Positions 50,918-60,529 of a DNA stretch of 64,000 nucleotides are shown in pieces. This DNA is from Actinomycetota bacterium (GTDB lineage: Bacteria; Actinomycetota; Actinomycetes; S36-B12). The notes under the pieces were generated by a model. That model saw only the letters and a list, made by a program, of their open reading frames with translations. It was not told the origin of the DNA and did no database searches. Positions within the stretch are counted from its first letter, which is position 1. Every line of letters begins with the position of its first letter. A program made the translations under genes and the position numbers. The stretch lies in NCBI GenBank assembly GCA_046046455.1, contig JBJOJS010000054.1:31434-95433 (forward strand). The letters run 5' to 3'.

Positions 50918-51030
50918 TCCTGACGGTGAGCCGATACTAGAACTAGGGCACCACCGGAGTAGGACAGCACGTCAGAACCGCAGTGGCGACGTATGTCACC
51001 GCGAAGATTGCCGAGAGGAGGGGTGGATCA

Positions 51031-51441
51031 ATGCGCGCGTGGATTGGGCACGATGCCGACGCGACCACTCTCCTGCGCACCGGCATGGGCGTGGTCACCG
51101 CAGTTGCGGAGGCGCCTCGCGCGTACGCCGACAGTGGCGCATCATCACTGGTCGAGATTGCCGTAAGCGCCGTCACGCCGAAGGCGATCCGGGTGACCGT
51201 CAAGGCGACGTGTCCGAGGGGCAGCGAGTTGGCCCTGCGCGCGGCGCACCTTGCCGAGACGGGCGAGGAGGTCGCCTGGCTCGTCGAGTGGCGTCGACTG
51301 CCGGGGGTCCCCCCGCAGATCCCGATCACCGATCTCCAACTCCGCACCGATGCTTCCGCGGTGCTGCTGGCGCTGGCGGGCGCCGAATCGGAGTTCTCCG
51401 ACGAGTCCGTGGGAGAGTGGGCACGGGGCTCGGCCTCATGA
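51031..51441 (+). CDS. Hypothetical protein
   Basis: RBS GAGGAGG before ATG 51031; GCCGATAC at 50930; ATGA overlap with the next ORF. Confidence 0.62.
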   Translation: MRAWIGHDADATTLLRTGMGVVTAVAEAPRAYADSGASSLVEIAVSAVTPKAIRVTVKATCPRGSELALRAAHLAETGEEVAWLVEWRRLPGVPPQIPITDLQLRTDASAVLLALAGAESEFSDESVGEWARGSAS

Positions 51442-51722
51442 GCGACCCCGGCAAGTCCCCCTTCCGGGCGGTGCCGCAGGACAGGGTTCTTGCCGACGGC
51501 CGCCAATTCGGGTCCGATGACTCCGGAATCGACTTCTTCGCCGATGCACTTGCCCGGCCGCATACCGACGCCGAAGCGGTCTTCGCCGCAGGGGTGGCGG
51601 CAATGGGCGGGACCGGATCCGCCCAGGGCTGGGTGGCCTTCCGCGGTGACCTCTCCGCCGATCCGGCCGCTCGTGCCGCCTTCATCCTGCATGGCCCGGC
51701 CGGAGTGCGTCGCGAGAACTGA
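51438..51722 (+). CDS. Small hypothetical protein (94 aa)
   Basis: 3' part of ORF 51039..51722; ATG overlaps the previous stop. Confidence 0.55.
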   Translation: MSDPGKSPFRAVPQDRVLADGRQFGSDDSGIDFFADALARPHTDAEAVFAAGVAAMGGTGSAQGWVAFRGDLSADPAARAAFILHGPAGVRREN

Positions 51723-51816
51723 CCCTCGATCGCCCTCCTCGGCAGACTCCTGCTCTATCCGCCGATACCCTGGAGGTGTCCGCTGACGGCACCGACGGCC
51801 CGGAGGGAGCGCCTTC

Positions 51817-53259
51817 ATGAGCTCTCCTGCGGACGCCGCGCGCGTGATTGTCGTCAGCGAGAGCGCAGATGATGTGCAGATCCTGGAGGCGGTCCCCGCA
51901 GACTGGACTCTCCAGCCTGCCGTCCACACGCTGGCTGCGATGTGGCAGGGATTGTCGTCGGGGACCCTCGACACTCAGTCGCGCATCCTCTTCTTCTCGG
52001 ACTCGCTTGCTGCGAATGGCACTGACGACGCCGCGAGCCTGATCCGGGCGGTAGCCCGCATGGCCGAGGCAGGCGCGACCGTGATCGTTCTGAGCCACGG
52101 TGACACGACAAGTTCGATCGCTGAAGCCGCCCGATCGTCGTTGACGCCACCGGCCAAGGGTTCGATTCAGGACGTCTCAGCCGAGGCCCTGCGTCGCGAT
52201 CCAGCAATCCTGGCGTCCGTCCTACCCGGGGTGGTCAGGGTCACGTCAGGTCCCGCGCCTGTCGGCGTGCGACCGGCCATGCCGGAGTTGGCGCCGGTCG
52301 ACGCTCCGGTCGTCGATGCGGCGGCTGTCGTGCGCGACGAACTGCCCGAGCAAGCCGATCGTGCTCTCCTCGCGCGTCCGCGTCGGCCCGGGCAGGTGAC
52401 GATCACCGTGACGTCGAGCAAGGGGGGCTCGGGTAAATCGACGGCGTCGATCCTGCTCTCGGCTGCCATCGCTCGGGCGTCGGCGGAGGCGGGCAAGCCT
52501 CTTTCGGTCTGCCTCATCGACCTCGACACCCGTGACGGCCAGGTGGCCTCCATGATCGGTCAGTTCATGCCGACCGCCCTCAATGTGCGGATCCAGCCGA
52601 TGTGGGATGAGGAGCGGATTCGCCGCAACCTCGTGCCCGCTCCCTCCCTGGGCATCGAGACGCTCCTGGCCCCCATTCGTCCTCGTACGGCCCAGACCGT
52701 AGGTCCGGACTTCTATCGGACGATCGTCCGGAGCCTCCAGCGCATGTTCGACGTCGTGGTGATGGATACCAGCGTCCAGTATCTCGATCCCCTCATCGCC
52801 GATGTGGCTCTCGTGGAGGCCGATGAGGTGCTCTTCGTCACCAACCTTGCTGCCACGGCGGTCCAGGGAATGGCACGCGCACTGAGGGAGATCACGGCGC
52901 CTGTCGACGAATCGGGCCTCGGCATTCCCCGCGAAAAACTCGGCATCATCGTCAACCAGTCCGTCGCCGACGTGGGTATGGGGCGCGATCAGGTGCTCGC
53001 CGCGGGCCTCGGCGTCCCGGTCGTCGGGGTCATTCCCCTAGCGACGAGGGATGTGCTGTCGGCGACCAACCTCAATCGGATGCAGGAACTCCTCGATCAC
53101 CCGGTGGTGGGTCCGGCCTATGCCGATCTCGCGATGGCGTGCCTGCCGGACCAGGCTCTCAAGGCTTGGCCCATAGACACCCCGGCCGAGCCGGAGCCGT
53201 CGGCGTCGGATGAACCGCCGAAGGATGAGCGACGTTCGCTCTTCCGGAGGAGTTCGTGA
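51817..53259 (+). CDS. MinD/ParA (CpaE/TadZ-like) ATPase with a receiver-like N-terminus
   Basis: Deviant Walker A SKGGSGKST, CLIDLD, DVVVMDT and GIIVNQ; C-terminal RRSLFRRSS; GCCGATAC at 51761. Confidence 0.83.
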   Translation: MSSPADAARVIVVSESADDVQILEAVPADWTLQPAVHTLAAMWQGLSSGTLDTQSRILFFSDSLAANGTDDAASLIRAVARMAEAGATVIVLSHGDTTSSIAEAARSSLTPPAKGSIQDVSAEALRRDPAILASVLPGVVRVTSGPAPVGVRPAMPELAPVDAPVVDAAAVVRDELPEQADRALLARPRRPGQVTITVTSSKGGSGKSTASILLSAAIARASAEAGKPLSVCLIDLDTRDGQVASMIGQFMPTALNVRIQPMWDEERIRRNLVPAPSLGIETLLAPIRPRTAQTVGPDFYRTIVRSLQRMFDVVVMDTSVQYLDPLIADVALVEADEVLFVTNLAATAVQGMARALREITAPVDESGLGIPREKLGIIVNQSVADVGMGRDQVLAAGLGVPVVGVIPLATRDVLSATNLNRMQELLDHPVVGPAYADLAMACLPDQALKAWPIDTPAEPEPSASDEPPKDERRSLFRRSS

Positions 53260-53597
53260 CCGGGGGTCCACTCGACCGGGCTGCCTTCGCCACTTTCGCC
53301 CTGTCGCAGAACCTGCCGATGGGACTCATCGAGGAGGGAGCTCGGGAAGGGCGACTGCCCCTCTCTGAGCGGCACACCCCGGAGTGGTTCGCGGCAGCAG
53401 CCGAAGAGCACGCCTCTCTCCTCGACATGGCTCCTGAACTCCGAGCCGGTGACGACTCACCTGGGCAGCGCGACCTCGTCGGCATCTACGGCGGCGGGGG
53501 ACAGGGCTTGCCCACGACCCCGGAGCCACCGGTTCGGGCCGGTTCGGACAGCATCCGCATCGGCCTCCTGCGCGAACTCGAGGGCTTGGACGACTGA
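53256..53597 (+). CDS. Small hypothetical protein coupled to the ATPase gene
   Basis: GTGA overlap; ends in amphipathic IGLLRELEGLDD. Confidence 0.6.
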   Translation: MTGGPLDRAAFATFALSQNLPMGLIEEGAREGRLPLSERHTPEWFAAAAEEHASLLDMAPELRAGDDSPGQRDLVGIYGGGGQGLPTTPEPPVRAGSDSIRIGLLRELEGLDD

Positions 53598-53598
53598 C

Positions 53599-54819
53599 CT
53601 ACGCTGATGAAGCGCCTGCAGCCGCCGGGCGCTTCGGCAGGAGCGCCTGCGCGACCAGGGGGAAGACCAAGACCGAGAGAGCGCCTGCTCCCACAAGCGC
53701 CGCAGCGACAGACGTGCTCATGAGGTCTGCGCCGAGTTCCACCGAGGTGACGGCGACGATGATGGGCAGCGCCGTAGCTACGTAGAGCGAGTAGCCAGCC
53801 CGCTCCTTGGCCTGGGGGATCGCCCGTCGGTAGAGGAAGAACTGCGGAACTCCGCGCACGACGAGCAGCAGGACGAAGAAGACGAGCAGCAGGCTCGGAT
53901 TCGCGATGATGGAGTCGATATCGAGCCGCGCCCCCGAGACGATGAAGAAGATCGGGATGAAGACACCGAAGGCGATGCCCTCGACCTTCTTCTGCAAGCC
54001 GCTCTCCTCCCCGGTCGGGGCGAGCTGCTTGATGATGATGCCGGCGATGAAGGCACCGAGCACCACGTCGAGTCCGAGCCCCTCGGCCACCGCGAGGAGT
54101 GCGACGAGGAGCAGAGCTGTCAGGCGCACGGCTGTCTGCGCACTCGTCTCCTGCCCCCGCTCGATCACCGCGATCACCCTGTCGGTGCGCAACCACTGGG
54201 GAACCTTGGAGAAGACGAACGCCACGGCGCCGAAGAGCAGCACGGAGAGGAGCGCAAGCCAGAAGGACTTCGTCGTGAGCAGGAGTGAGATCGCGAGCAC
54301 GGGACCGAACTCTCCGATCGCGCCGGCACCCATGAAGTAGGTGCCGAAAGGGGTCTTGAGCAGGCCCTTATCGCGTAGCACGGGCAGCAGCGTGCCGAGT
54401 GCCGTACTCGTGAGGCAGATCGCGACACCGAGGAAGTCGGTGATGATGCCGGTCGCCTCGAGGAGGCCGGCAGCGATCAGTGCGAGTGCGGCGCTTACGA
54501 GCCAACCGGTGAGGGCGAGCCTGCCGGAGCGCCCCTGGATGGCGTGCTTCTCCAATTCGAGTCCCGCCGCGAAGAAGAGGAAGGCGAGGCCGAGCTCAGC
54601 GAGAAGGTCGATGGCCTCGTCGAGTTGGATCCAGCCGAGCATCTCGGGTCCGAAGAGGACGCCGAAGCCGAGCATCAGGACGACCTCGGCGACCGGCAGG
54701 CGGAGGAGGCCGACGAGGAGGGGCGTGGCTGCCGCGATCGCCGCGATGACCAGCAGCGAGTTGAGTTCGGTCTGCAGGTCGCTGCTCGACGCGGTCGCCA
54801 TGACGGCCACGAGATCCAT
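53599..54819 (-). CDS. Cation:proton antiporter (CPA2-like)
   Basis: Multi-TM protein; ELGLAFLFFAAGLE, TSTALG, VLGAFIAG and FIPIFFIVSG. Confidence 0.88.
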   Translation of the reverse strand: MDLVAVMATASSSDLQTELNSLLVIAAIAAATPLLVGLLRLPVAEVVLMLGFGVLFGPEMLGWIQLDEAIDLLAELGLAFLFFAAGLELEKHAIQGRSGRLALTGWLVSAALALIAAGLLEATGIITDFLGVAICLTSTALGTLLPVLRDKGLLKTPFGTYFMGAGAIGEFGPVLAISLLLTTKSFWLALLSVLLFGAVAFVFSKVPQWLRTDRVIAVIERGQETSAQTAVRLTALLLVALLAVAEGLGLDVVLGAFIAGIIIKQLAPTGEESGLQKKVEGIAFGVFIPIFFIVSGARLDIDSIIANPSLLLVFFVLLLVVRGVPQFFLYRRAIPQAKERAGYSLYVATALPIIVAVTSVELGADLMSTSVAAALVGAGALSVLVFPLVAQALLPKRPAAAGASSA

Positions 54820-54882
54820 GTGGGCCCCCTTCAGCGCCGGAGCCTAGTGGGCGTCTCGGGGTCGGGGATCTAGTCTCAGCGT

Positions 54883-56406
54883 GTGGCAGCACGGTCCCCC
54901 TGGGCGATCCTCTCGGTCCTCGCGGCTGCCCTCGCCCTCATCTCGCTCGATAACACCATCGTCAACGTGGCGCTGCCCACCCTCCAGGAGGAGTTGGGAG
55001 CCACCACTGCCGAGCTCCAATGGGTTGTCGATGCCTACTCGGTGCTCTTCGCCGGGACCCTCCTCCTCGCGGGCAGTCTCGGAGACCGCTTCGGGCGCAG
55101 GCGCGCCCTCGTCGTTGGTCTCGTGGTCTTCGGCGCCGGATCGTTGGCTGCCGGATTCGCGACGACAGCGGATGTGCTCATCGCGTGCCGGGCCGTGATG
55201 GGCATCGGCGGCGCCTTCATCATGCCGTCGACGCTGTCGATTCTCGTCCAGGTCTTCACCGATCCGCGAGGGCGCGCACAGGCGATCGGCATCTGGGCAG
55301 CGGTGGCTGGAGCCGCGGTGGCTGTCGGTCCGATCCTCGGTGGGTTCCTTCTCGAGGTGACGACCTGGCATGCGATCTTCTGGGTGAATCCACCGCTCGT
55401 CGTGCTGGCGCTCATCGCGACGCTCGTGCTTGTGCCGGAGTCCCGTGACCCGAGCCATCCGCGGCTGGATCCCTTGGGCGCCGTGTTGTCTACGGTGGGA
55501 ATCATCGCCTTCGTCGTCACGGTGATCGAGGTGCCGGACCAGGGGATTTCCACGGTGACGATCCTCTCGACGATCACGGCGGTCGTGTTCCTCGCGGCCT
55601 TCGTCTGGTGGGAGCGACGAGCGCCGCGGCCGCTCCTGCCGATGGAGCTCTTCGCGGACAGGCTCTTCACGGTGGCCGTCATCACCGTGGCGCTCGTCTA
55701 CGGCGCTCTCATGGGCGTGATGTTCTTCCTCCCGCAGTTCCTCCAACTCGTGCAGGGGGATACCCCGCTGCAGTCGGGCATCGCCATGCTCCCCGCCGCG
55801 GGCGGACTCTTCCTCGCATCCCTCTTCAGTCCGCGCTGGGCGGACCGATTCGGCACCCGCCGCATCGTGGTGAGCGGGCTAGTGCTTGTCGTCCTCGGTC
55901 TGACTTTCGCCGCCTACCTGACGGCGACCTCGTCGTACCTCCATGTCGGCGGCAGCCTCGGACTCATGGGTCTCGGTCTGGGCATGGTCCTGCCGCAGGC
56001 GACCAACGCCGTCCTCGCTTCGGTCCCACGCGAGCGAGCGGGCATGGGATCGGCGGTCAACGACGGGGTGGGCGAGCTCGGTGGCTCACTTGGAGTCGCC
56101 ATCCTCGGATCCTTGCTCTCCCTGGGGTATCGCAACGAGATCGAGGCGCAGATCCAGGCGGCGGGCGACGCCATCTCCGCGATCCCCGCCGGTGTCGTCG
56201 AGGCTGTCCGGGAGTCGCTCGCCGCGGGATCGCTCGCCGTTGCGCAACTCCCGGCCAACGTGGCGACCCCCATCCGAGAGGCAGCAGGCAACGCCTTCGT
56301 CTCGGGCATGACCACAGCGCTGCTGGTGGCTGCGGTGATCGTGAGCGCAGGCGCTCTCCTTGCCTGGCGGTTGTTCCCTTCGCGCGTGGGGCGCGTCGAG
56401 GAGTAG
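54883..56406 (+). CDS. DHA2-family MFS drug/H+ antiporter
   Basis: LDNTIVNVALP, LQWVVDAY, GSLGDRFGRRR, GPILGG and IFWVNPP. Confidence 0.92.
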   Translation: MAARSPWAILSVLAAALALISLDNTIVNVALPTLQEELGATTAELQWVVDAYSVLFAGTLLLAGSLGDRFGRRRALVVGLVVFGAGSLAAGFATTADVLIACRAVMGIGGAFIMPSTLSILVQVFTDPRGRAQAIGIWAAVAGAAVAVGPILGGFLLEVTTWHAIFWVNPPLVVLALIATLVLVPESRDPSHPRLDPLGAVLSTVGIIAFVVTVIEVPDQGISTVTILSTITAVVFLAAFVWWERRAPRPLLPMELFADRLFTVAVITVALVYGALMGVMFFLPQFLQLVQGDTPLQSGIAMLPAAGGLFLASLFSPRWADRFGTRRIVVSGLVLVVLGLTFAAYLTATSSYLHVGGSLGLMGLGLGMVLPQATNAVLASVPRERAGMGSAVNDGVGELGGSLGVAILGSLLSLGYRNEIEAQIQAAGDAISAIPAGVVEAVRESLAAGSLAVAQLPANVATPIREAAGNAFVSGMTTALLVAAVIVSAGALLAWRLFPSRVGRVEE

Positions 56407-56536
56407 CAGCACGACGTCGGTGTAGCCGGTCAGCAATTCCCTCTGAGGCAACACTGATCGCCATCACCATTGCCTCGCTCAGAACCGTCATCCAGGGTGA
56501 AGGGGGGGATATCGAGCGCGAGGACTGGGGCGACAC

Positions 56537-59500
56537 ATGGCGAGCCAAGGGGAGGCGTCGCACCGTCAACTCATCGTCGTTGCGAATCGACTGCCCGTCG
56601 AACCCATCGTGGGAGACGACCCCGACGGACCTCCGCAGGGGTGGCAGTTGGCCCCCGGCGGTCTCGTGAGTGCCCTCGACGCGGTTCTGCGCGACAGGAC
56701 CGCCATCTGGGTCGGCAATGGCGGCAACGTTCCCGATGACCTCGGTGCGAGTGGGCTGCGACTCGAGGCGGTGCGCGTGCCGCGGCGTGATGCAGAAGCG
56801 CACTACGCGGGCTTCTCCAACAAGGCCATCTGGCCGCTCTTCCACAGTTCGGTGGTCACTCCGGAATTCCACCGCGCGCATTTCGCCTCCTACCAGCGCG
56901 TCAACCATGCCTTCGCCGACCATGTCGCCGGCATCGCCGAGCCCGGGGCGACCGTGTGGGTGCACGACTATCAGCTGCTGCTGGTGCCATCGATGCTGCG
57001 TGACATCCGTCCCGACCTGCACATCGGCTTCTTCCTGCACATTCCCTTCCCGCCACCCGACCTCTTTGCGCAGTTGCCGTGGCGGCGAGAAGTCCTCCTG
57101 GGCATGCTGGGCGCGGATCTCATCGGAATGCAGACCCACAGTGACGTCGTCAACGCCAGCGGAGCCATGGAGCGCTTCCTCGGCCTCACCCTGGATTCAG
57201 GGCGCGTGGCAGTGGACGAACGCTCGGTTGCGCTGGGCGCCTTCCCGATCGGCATCGATGCAGCCCACTTCGCCGTCCTCGCCTCCGATCCGGCGGTGAG
57301 GGCCCGTGCCGTCGAACTTCGCGCGGAATTGGGCAATCCGGAGACCCTCATCCTCGGCGTCGATCGGCTCGACTACACCAAGGGCATCGACATCCGCATT
57401 CGCGCGTTCTCAGAGCTGCTCGAGTCGGAACGCCTTGATCCCACGCGCAATGTGCTCGTCCAGCTCGCCGTGCCCTCGCGTGAGAATCTCTCGGAGTACC
57501 AGAGCATCCGTGACGAGATCGAGATGCTGGTGGGACGGTCCAACGGTGCCTTCGCGAGTTTCGACGTGACGCCGATCCACTACCTGCGCAGGAGCCTGGA
57601 TCGATCCGAGCTCGTCGCTCTCTACCTGGCAGCCGACATCATGCTGGTCACTCCTCTGCGCGACGGTATGAATCTCGTGGGCAAGGAGTACGTCGCGACG
57701 CGGGTCGACGACTCAGGCGCCCTCATCCTGAGCGAGTTTGCCGGCGCCGCTGCACAACTCGGTGATGCCTGGCTGGTCAATCCCTTCGACACCATGGCCG
57801 TCGCTCAGGCGCTTCTCGATGTCATCGGCGCTGATGCAGACGAGCGCCGCTATCGCATGCGCCGGATGAGAGCGGTCGTCTTCGGCAGTGACGCGCAAGC
57901 CTGGGCCACGGACTTCCTCGATGCACTCGACGAGGTCACGGCTACCCGATCGGCCGCACCGCTCTCGGTTGCCGCGCACCCGGGCCGGACTGTTCCGCTC
58001 GAGGAACTCGCGACGACGCCCCACCTCCTGGTGTGCTGCGACTACGACGGCACCCTCGCCCCGATCGTGGAGGATCCCGGTCGCGCGCTCCCTCTGCCCC
58101 ATGCTGTGACGGCCCTGCGGGCTTTGTCGATCCTGCCGTCCACGACGGTGGCGGTCGTCTCGGGCCGCGCCCTGCGCGATCTGGCGCTGCTGTCTCGCCT
58201 GCCGAGCGAGATCCACCTCATCGGGAGTCACGGGGGTGAGTTCGACCATGATTTCGAGCTCAACGCCCACCAGCGGCGCCTTCTGGACGAGTGCACCAAC
58301 GATGCCCAGGAGCTCGCTGCGACGTGCGCGGGAGCCTTCGTCGAGAGGAAGCCAAGCAGCGTGGCCATTCACATCCGCAGGTGCACGGAAGCGGATGGTC
58401 GTGAGCTGATGGAGCGCCTGGTCATGGGGCCCGGCCAGTTCCCCGGTGTCCTTGTCCGCCACGGCAAGCAGGTCATCGAACTCAGCGTGGTGCACGCCCA
58501 CAAGTCCGACGCGGTCGCTCTGCTGCGTCACCGCGTTGGCGCCACCGCCATCCTCTTCATCGGCGATGACATCACGGACGAGTCCGTCTTCGCGGGCTTG
58601 TCCGGGCCCGATGTGGGAGTCAAGGTCGGCGAAGGCGAGACGGCCGCTGGCTGGCGCGTAGACACCCCAGCTGATGTCGCCAACCTCATCATCACCCTGA
58701 CGGAGTTGCGTGAGCGCTGGCTGCTGGGCGGTCACGCGGCCCCCATCGAGGAGCACATCATGCTCTCCGATCGTCAGTCGGTGGCCCTTCTTGCCCCGGA
58801 CGGCTCGATCGACTGGTTCTGCGCCCCGGAGCCCGAGTCGCCCGCGGTCTTCGCTTCGCTCCTCGGTGATGAGTCGTCGGGGCACTTCACCATCCGCCCC
58901 CGGCATGGCATGCCGATGCTGTCGCAGACGTATATCGGCGGCACGCTCACTGCGCGCACGCGCTGGGCAGACCTCACGGTGCACGACTACATGCCCGTGC
59001 CGACGGACTGGGGTACGTCGATTGTGCGGATCGTTCGGGAGATCAGCGGGCGAGAGCCCGCCGTCGTTACGTTCGCTCCGCGGCCGCAGTTCGGAGCCCT
59101 CTCCGTGAGCCTCGAGGCAGCTGAAGGTGGACTGAGACTCGTGGGGTCCTCCGAGCAGATGGCGCTCTACTCGCCCGGAGTCGAGTGGATCATCGAAGGT
59201 CCGCCCGGTCGGCAGTCCGCGACCGCTCTCGTGGATCCGTCAGGCGGCAATGTCGTCCTGGAGTATCGCTTCGGCACCGACGATCTCTCTCCCCCGGATC
59301 GTCCCGAGCCCGAGACACGCGAGCAGACGATCCGGTACTGGCGTGACTGGGTGCGCTCGCTGTCACTGCCCGGTATCCGACCCGCTGCCGAAGAGCGTGC
59401 CGCTCTGACGTTGCGCGCGCTCTGTCACGGAGCGACCGGCGGTGTGCTGGCGGCGGCCACATCGAGCCTGCCCGAGCGCATCGGGGGCGTGCGCAACTGG

Positions 59501-60529
59501 GACTATCGCTTCTGCTGGATCCGTGACGCGGCGCTCACCGTGCGCGAGCTCGTGGCCCTGGGATCCACGGAGGAAGCCGATGCCTTCATCCGCTGGCTCC
59601 TCGGGCTCGCCGAGACAGTCGACAGTCCGGAACACCTACGGCCCGTCTACTCCCTCCACGGCCAGCCACTCGTCACCGAGGGCGTCATCGACACGCTCTC
59701 GGGATACGCGGGCAGTCGTCCGGTCCGCATCGGAAATGCGGCCGCGGGTCAGTTGCAGCTGGATGTCTACGGGCCCGTCGTGATGCTCATCGCCGACCTC
59801 GCTCGCCTGCGTGGATGCGTATCCGACGAGGAGTGGAAACTCGTCGTCAAGATGGTCGATGCCGTGACCCTGCGGTGGAGTGAGCCCGATCACGGCATCT
59901 GGGAGATTCGCGATCAGCCCAGGAGGCATACCCACTCCCGGATGATGTGCTGGCTCACCGTGGATCATGCGCTCACGGTGGCCGAGGTGCGCGGCGAGAA
60001 GCCGCAGGGCTGGGCGCAACTCAAGGACGCCATCGCCTTCGACATCGAGAACGAATGCTGGAACGGCGACTGCGAGGCCTATGTCGCGGCGACCGACCTC
60101 CATGAGGCGGATGCGGCTGTTCTCCAGGGCATCCTCGAGGGTTATCCGGCTCCGGTGGACCGTGTCATCGGCACGGTGGCCTATGTCGAACGAGAACTGC
60201 GGCGTTCACAGGGGGTGTACCGGTACCGCTACGACGATGGCCTCCCCGCGGGTGAGGGCGCGATGCACATCTGCTCCGCGTGGCTTGCGGCCGTCTACGT
60301 CCGCTCGGGCGCGCTCGACGACGCCCATCAGATGCTCGATGCCATCCTCGACGCCGCGGGCGCCAGCGGCCTGCTCCCCGAGCAGATCGATCCGCACTCG
60401 GGCCGCGGACTCGGCAATCATCCTCAGGCCTACTCCCACGTCGGCGTACTCGCGACTGCCCGGCTCCTGGCCTCCAGCCAACTCGTCACCGACGGCACCG
60501 CGACGGTCCACGGGAAGTTCGTCAGCTAG
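56537..60529 (+). CDS. Fused trehalose-6-P synthase (OtsA) + trehalose-6-P phosphatase (OtsB) + GH15 hydrolase
   Basis: GT20: [41 protein letters not shown]: [24 protein letters not shown]15: [37 protein letters not shown]. Confidence 0.9.
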   Translation: MASQGEASHRQLIVVANRLPVEPIVGDDPDGPPQGWQLAPGGLVSALDAVLRDRTAIWVGNGGNVPDDLGASGLRLEAVRVPRRDAEAHYAGFSNKAIWPLFHSSVVTPEFHRAHFASYQRVNHAFADHVAGIAEPGATVWVHDYQLLLVPSMLRDIRPDLHIGFFLHIPFPPPDLFAQLPWRREVLLGMLGADLIGMQTHSDVVNASGAMERFLGLTLDSGRVAVDERSVALGAFPIGIDAAHFAVLASDPAVRARAVELRAELGNPETLILGVDRLDYTKGIDIRIRAFSELLESERLDPTRNVLVQLAVPSRENLSEYQSIRDEIEMLVGRSNGAFASFDVTPIHYLRRSLDRSELVALYLAADIMLVTPLRDGMNLVGKEYVATRVDDSGALILSEFAGAAAQLGDAWLVNPFDTMAVAQALLDVIGADADERRYRMRRMRAVVFGSDAQAWATDFLDALDEVTATRSAAPLSVAAHPGRTVPLEELATTPHLLVCCDYDGTLAPIVEDPGRALPLPHAVTALRALSILPSTTVAVVSGRALRDLALLSRLPSEIHLIGSHGGEFDHDFELNAHQRRLLDECTNDAQELAATCAGAFVERKPSSVAIHIRRCTEADGRELMERLVMGPGQFPGVLVRHGKQVIELSVVHAHKSDAVALLRHRVGATAILFIGDDITDESVFAGLSGPDVGVKVGEGETAAGWRVDTPADVANLIITLTELRERWLLGGHAAPIEEHIMLSDRQSVALLAPDGSIDWFCAPEPESPAVFASLLGDESSGHFTIRPRHGMPMLSQTYIGGTLTARTRWADLTVHDYMPVPTDWGTSIVRIVREISGREPAVVTFAPRPQFGALSVSLEAAEGGLRLVGSSEQMALYSPGVEWIIEGPPGRQSATALVDPSGGNVVLEYRFGTDDLSPPDRPEPETREQTIRYWRDWVRSLSLPGIRPAAEERAALTLRALCHGATGGVLAAATSSLPERIGGVRNWDYRFCWIRDAALTVRELVALGSTEEADAFIRWLLGLAETVDSPEHLRPVYSLHGQPLVTEGVIDTLSGYAGSRPVRIGNAAAGQLQLDVYGPVVMLIADLARLRGCVSDEEWKLVVKMVDAVTLRWSEPDHGIWEIRDQPRRHTHSRMMCWLTVDHALTVAEVRGEKPQGWAQLKDAIAFDIENECWNGDCEAYVAATDLHEADAAVLQGILEGYPAPVDRVIGTVAYVERELRRSQGVYRYRYDDGLPAGEGAMHICSAWLAAVYVRSGALDDAHQMLDAILDAAGASGLLPEQIDPHSGRGLGNHPQAYSHVGVLATARLLASSQLVTDGTATVHGKFVS

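Noticed and set aside
38425-53597. An RsiG anti-sigma homolog among the unknown ORFs
   Set aside because: I did not find the ExxxSxxRxxxQxxxD c-di-GMP motif in any of them.
10242-58984. Long alternative-frame or antisense ORFs (e.g. 10242..11753, 12833..14953, 28320..30254, 30230..32101, 41830..43071, 57713..58984)
   Set aside because: These are typical high-GC shadows of well-supported genes, with no recognisable motifs.
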